Positions 60,565-64,000 of a stretch of DNA of 64,000 bases are shown here, piece by piece. Position 1 is the first letter of the stretch. Each line of letters begins with the position of its first letter. The stretch covers positions 40,610,001-40,674,000 of the forward strand of contig JBNRSN020000006.1 in NCBI GenBank assembly GCA_051313645.2, in the 5' to 3' direction. This DNA is from Centroscyllium fabricii. Its lineage: Eukaryota. Both the position numbers and the translations under genes were made by a program. The notes under the pieces were generated by a model that was not told the DNA's origin, did not search any database, and saw only the letters and a program-made list of their open reading frames with translations.

Positions 60565-61325
60565 GGGCCAGAAATTAGGATTGGGGCTTTTGTGCGGGTG
60601 CAGTGCTCTTATTAGCGCATACCCAGCACTTTTTCAGTTTTGAGTTTTTGCACTGTGACTTTCCGATTAGCACAGCTTGACAGAGCTCTGTGCGAGCTCC
60701 GTGGGCAACTTAGTGGCGTAATTAGTTCGAAGTCTCGTACGAGATCACGTGATCGGCAGGGAGCCAATCAATGGAAGCAATCCTCCATTAAAAACTTACA
60801 CACAGAAATCTGTGTAAGTTTTCAAAAGAGAGATCTTCCAAAGTACATCTAAACTCAAAAATAAAAATTTTAAAAACCCACATTTTTTTAACATTACTTC
60901 AACTAACATAAATAACCTATTTTAAAGAAGAAAAAAATTACGGAAAAATTTTTCAACGTTTAACAGGCCTAAAAAAATACTTACCTGTCTTTAAATTTAA
61001 CAATAATTAAAACCCTCAAAAAACAAGACTTATAATCAATAAAATACAGACTTACCTGATAAAAATGGGTGCTTACGACTCCTTTTTTCAAGCGTAAAAT
61101 CTTTTGTGCTTGGTCCAGAGAAAAACTTTTTTTTAAATCGGAATGCTTCAGCGCACCCTGTGGTGCGTTGGTTCCTGCGATAGCCATCGCACAAACTCTG
61201 CCCCCCCTGCTGGCCACCATCGGAAAACATGAAGCAGCGCAAACGGCTGCTTCATGTGCGTTTAAGCTCTGGTGCGCTCGCACCAGAGCTCAAACGCGAT
61301 ATGCGCGGGTCGGAAATACCGGCCC
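60565..61325. mobile_element. Harbinger-type MITE
   Basis: GGGCCAGAAATT / AAATACCGGCCC ends with ATG TSD. Confidence 0.8.
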
Positions 61326-61707
61326 ATGATCTTCAACCTCCTTCTGTAATGGGGTGTGTTATGATTGCCCTGCAGTACTTTGTTTATGGGGCATTATTTC
61401 ATCAGATTGTTCAGAAGCTTTTTTTCGCCTCACATTTAATGGTAATGGGTTACTCTCTAACAGACCCATTCTCTCTTTACTTTTCCATTGGTGCTGAAGC
61501 CTTTGATAGCCCAGGTCAGGCAAAGGCCTGCCGTCAGGGAAGAGTGCATCCAAAGAGCGTTCTGAAAGTCAATGACATTCAATTCTTTTTGTCCAAACCT
61601 CTTCAATCTGCAATGCCTTTGATGTATCTGAAGAACAAGTTTTTCAAGGTATCCAAAAACTAAGCCGAATCAAAAGCCTCTCATAATTTAAGGATAGCTG
61701 TGACTGG

Positions 61708-61882
61708 TGTAAAGACAGCACAGGCTTGACTTACATCTGACGTCACGCCCGAGTGGCGGGAGCCGACGCTATCTTAGCCATGCTTCAGTTGAGGCTTGGA
61801 GTGGCAGTGTATAAGACCTGATTAAAGAAGCTCCTTTGAAACTTAGTGTTGGCCTCCCGTCTGATCTTTAAATAACATTACA
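61708..61882 (+). mobile_element. Gypsy 5' LTR followed by PBS
   Basis: TGTAA...TTACA termini, ATTAAA signal, immediately followed by TGGTACCAGGA (complementary to the tRNA-Leu(TAA) 3' end) and gag. Confidence 0.82.
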
Positions 61883-61923
61883 TGGTACCAGGATTAATGA
61901 ACTCACGAACGGACTGATGACGA

Positions 61924-63345
61924 ATGGTGGAAGGTATTAAACCCCCAGCCAATCTTCATCTAGAAGGCAACGTTGACAAGAATTGGCGAGTATTCAAGCA
62001 GAGACTTCTCCTATACCTGGCAGCCATCGAGGCAGCCACAAGCCCAGGATCACGTAAAGTTGCACTATTACTAACTGTAGCAGGCTTGCAGGCAAGCGAG
62101 TTGTTCAATACCTTTACTTTTGAGTCCGAGGAGAAAAAAAGTGACTTTGACAAAGTTATTAAAAAAATTGAAGATTTTTGCACGCCAAAAAAGAATGAGA
62201 CCTATGAAAGGTTTGTGTTCCACTCCAGAACACAAAAACAAGGGGAGTCCTTCGATGCATTCCTAACTGATTTAAAAATCAAAGCACATAGATTTAAAAG
62301 AATCGATGATAAGGGATCAAATAGTCTTTGGAATATTGGATAAGAAATTTAGAGAAAGAATGCTGAGAGACAGCGAGTTGAAATTGGATGCTACAGTAAA
62401 GCTTTGCCATATGAGTGAGCTTTCAGCGAGGCAAACAAAAAAGGTTCGAGGGGAACGTCCCGGGGCCGCAGAGCCTTCCGGTGGATGTAATACAGCAAAG
62501 AGATTACAGAGAGCCACGAGGGCCCACAGAATATAACAAAATGGTGTCGCATGACTCAAGAGAGCCTAGAGGGCCCAGTGAGTACAACAAAATGGCAGCA
62601 TATGATTTCAGAGGGCCCAGTGAGTACAGGTTGAGCACCGTTAATCCGCGTCCCGAATAGCCGGCAGCTTCAGTCTGCCGGCACAAATTGCCCCGACTGC
62701 ACTGCGCATGCGCAAAATGGCAGCCCCCATCGTGGCTTCAGCGAATGATCTGCGCATGCGCCGAGCGCATGCGCAGATCATTCAAAACAGCTGCGGGTGT
62801 TTTGAATGATCTGCGCATGCGTCACCGGACAGTTAGCGCATGCGCAGATAATTCAATACGGCCGCCGGTTATTTTCCCGACAGCTGAGCCCCGTGACTGA
62901 GGCGGACAGTCACTAGGCAACAGCTGTCAGCCTGAGTCCGGCTCGGCGGCAGCAGCAACCCGAAAGGCGATGGAGAGGGAACGCGGACCCGTGCCCGATC
63001 TGCGCATGCGCGCGCCAGCCAATCGCAATGCTGCGCGCATGCGCGTGGCCATTTTGAATGGCGCGCATGCGCAGTGTCCAAACTCGTACTCCCGGTTTTT
63101 TCCATTTCCCGGTACGGGCCTGGTCCCGCCCGTGGCGGATTAACGCTGCTCAACCTGTACAACAAAATGGCGGCATTCAAGTGCAAATGGTGCGGAAACA
63201 AACATGGGGCCAGGCAGTGTCCTGCGTTTGGGAAGAGTTGCGCGAAATGCAAAGGCAGAAATCACTTTGCGAAAATGTGCTTTTGGGAGCAAAGAGGTGA
63301 AATTAAAAAGGCAGTGTATGCAGTAGAGACTGCAGAAGCGGGAGC
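61924..63345 (+). pseudogene. Gypsy gag, frameshifted, interrupted by a MITE and truncated by CR1
   Basis: NWRVFKQR...KVALLL...PKKNETYERFVFHSRTQKQGESFDAFLTDL, MIRDQIVFGI, and CKWCGNKH...CPAFGKSCAKCKGRNHFAKMC knuckles. Confidence 0.92.
62627..63157. mobile_element. pogo/Tigger-like MITE in gag
   Basis: TA|CAGGTTGAGCAC...GCTGCTCAACCTG|TA; removal restores GAGTACAACAAAATGG as in the upstream gag repeat. Confidence 0.92.
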
Positions 63346-63359
63346 TCAATCATGAATAA

Positions 63360-64000
63360 ACAGGGGACTCTGGGGGGTGCAGAGCTAATTACGATTAAAG
63401 TCACTAAGGAAGTGGTACTCGGTAAAATAATGGGACTTAAGGCGGATAAATCCCCTGGCCCTGATGGCTTACATCCTAGGGTCTTGAGGGAAGTGGCAGT
63501 AGGGATTGTGGATGCATTGGTAATAATTTTTCAAAACTCTCTGGACTCAGCAAAGGTCCCGGCAGATTGGAAAACTGCTAATGTAATGCCTTTATTTAAA
63601 AAGGGTAGTAGACAGAAGGCTAGAAATTATAGACCAGTTAGCCTAACACCTGTGGTTGGCAAAATGGTAGAGTCCATTATTAAGGGAACAGTAACAGGGA
63701 ATTTGGATAAACATAATTTAATAGGACAAAGTCAGCGTGGTTTTACAAAGGGGAAGTCATGTTTGACAAATTCGCTAGAGTTCTTTGAGGACATAACATA
63801 AAGGGTGGATAAAGGGGAACCAGTGGATGTAGTGTATTTAGACTTCCAAAAGGCATTTGACAAGGTGACACACAAAATATTATTACTCAAGATAAAAAAT
63901 CATGGGATTGGGGGTAATATTCTGGCATGGGTGGAGAATTGGTTTTGTAACAGAAAACAGAGAGTTGGGATAAATGGTTAATTCTCAGACTGGCAATCAG
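63360..64000 (+). mobile_element. CR1 ORF2 RT region (runs off window end)
   Basis: KSPGPDGLHPRVLRE, NYRPVSL, GKSCLTN, YLDFQKAFDKV; in-frame stop at ~63800. Confidence 0.93.

Noticed and set aside
61229-61663. 144-aa ORF as a host exon
   Set aside because: It starts inside a MITE, shows no recognisable motif, and its splice signals are ambiguous on both strands.

Overview
Repeat-dominated vertebrate nuclear DNA, most likely from a cartilaginous fish (shark). The taxon call rests on the CR1/HER1-type LINE tails, V-domain (HE1-like) SINEs, Deu-domain SINEs and Penelope/hammerhead repeats. No intact host gene is recognisable; there is one weak 99-bp exon candidate and several AT-rich, non-repetitive islands. 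Almost every ORF in the track comes from decayed transposable elements: CR1, L2, Rex1/Babar, Penelope GIY-YIG, a Tx1/L1 ORF1, a Gypsy gag, and a two-gene PIF/Harbinger element (DDE transposase plus Myb/SANT). There are also many Harbinger-type MITEs (GGG..CCC ends, 3-bp TSD), pogo/Tigger-type MITEs (TA TSD), solo LTRs and a 2.8-kb satellite with a 32-bp unit. The most unusual structures are: (1) a 522-bp foldback of two inverted Gypsy LTRs with PBS, PPT and an integrase scrap, bounded by one perfect 5-bp TSD; (2) two independent MITE insertions exactly at the cleavage triplet of Penelope-type hammerhead ribozymes; (3) a perfect 79-bp-arm hairpin carrying an intact minimal hammerhead; (4) an ORF1-only, poly(A)-tailed Tx1-like element inserted in a tRNA-derived SINE head; (5) Rex1-tailed composite retroposons, one carrying a VNTR and one next to a 5S fragment. 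Family names come from motif recognition, not database searches. Boundaries without a stated TSD are approximate.
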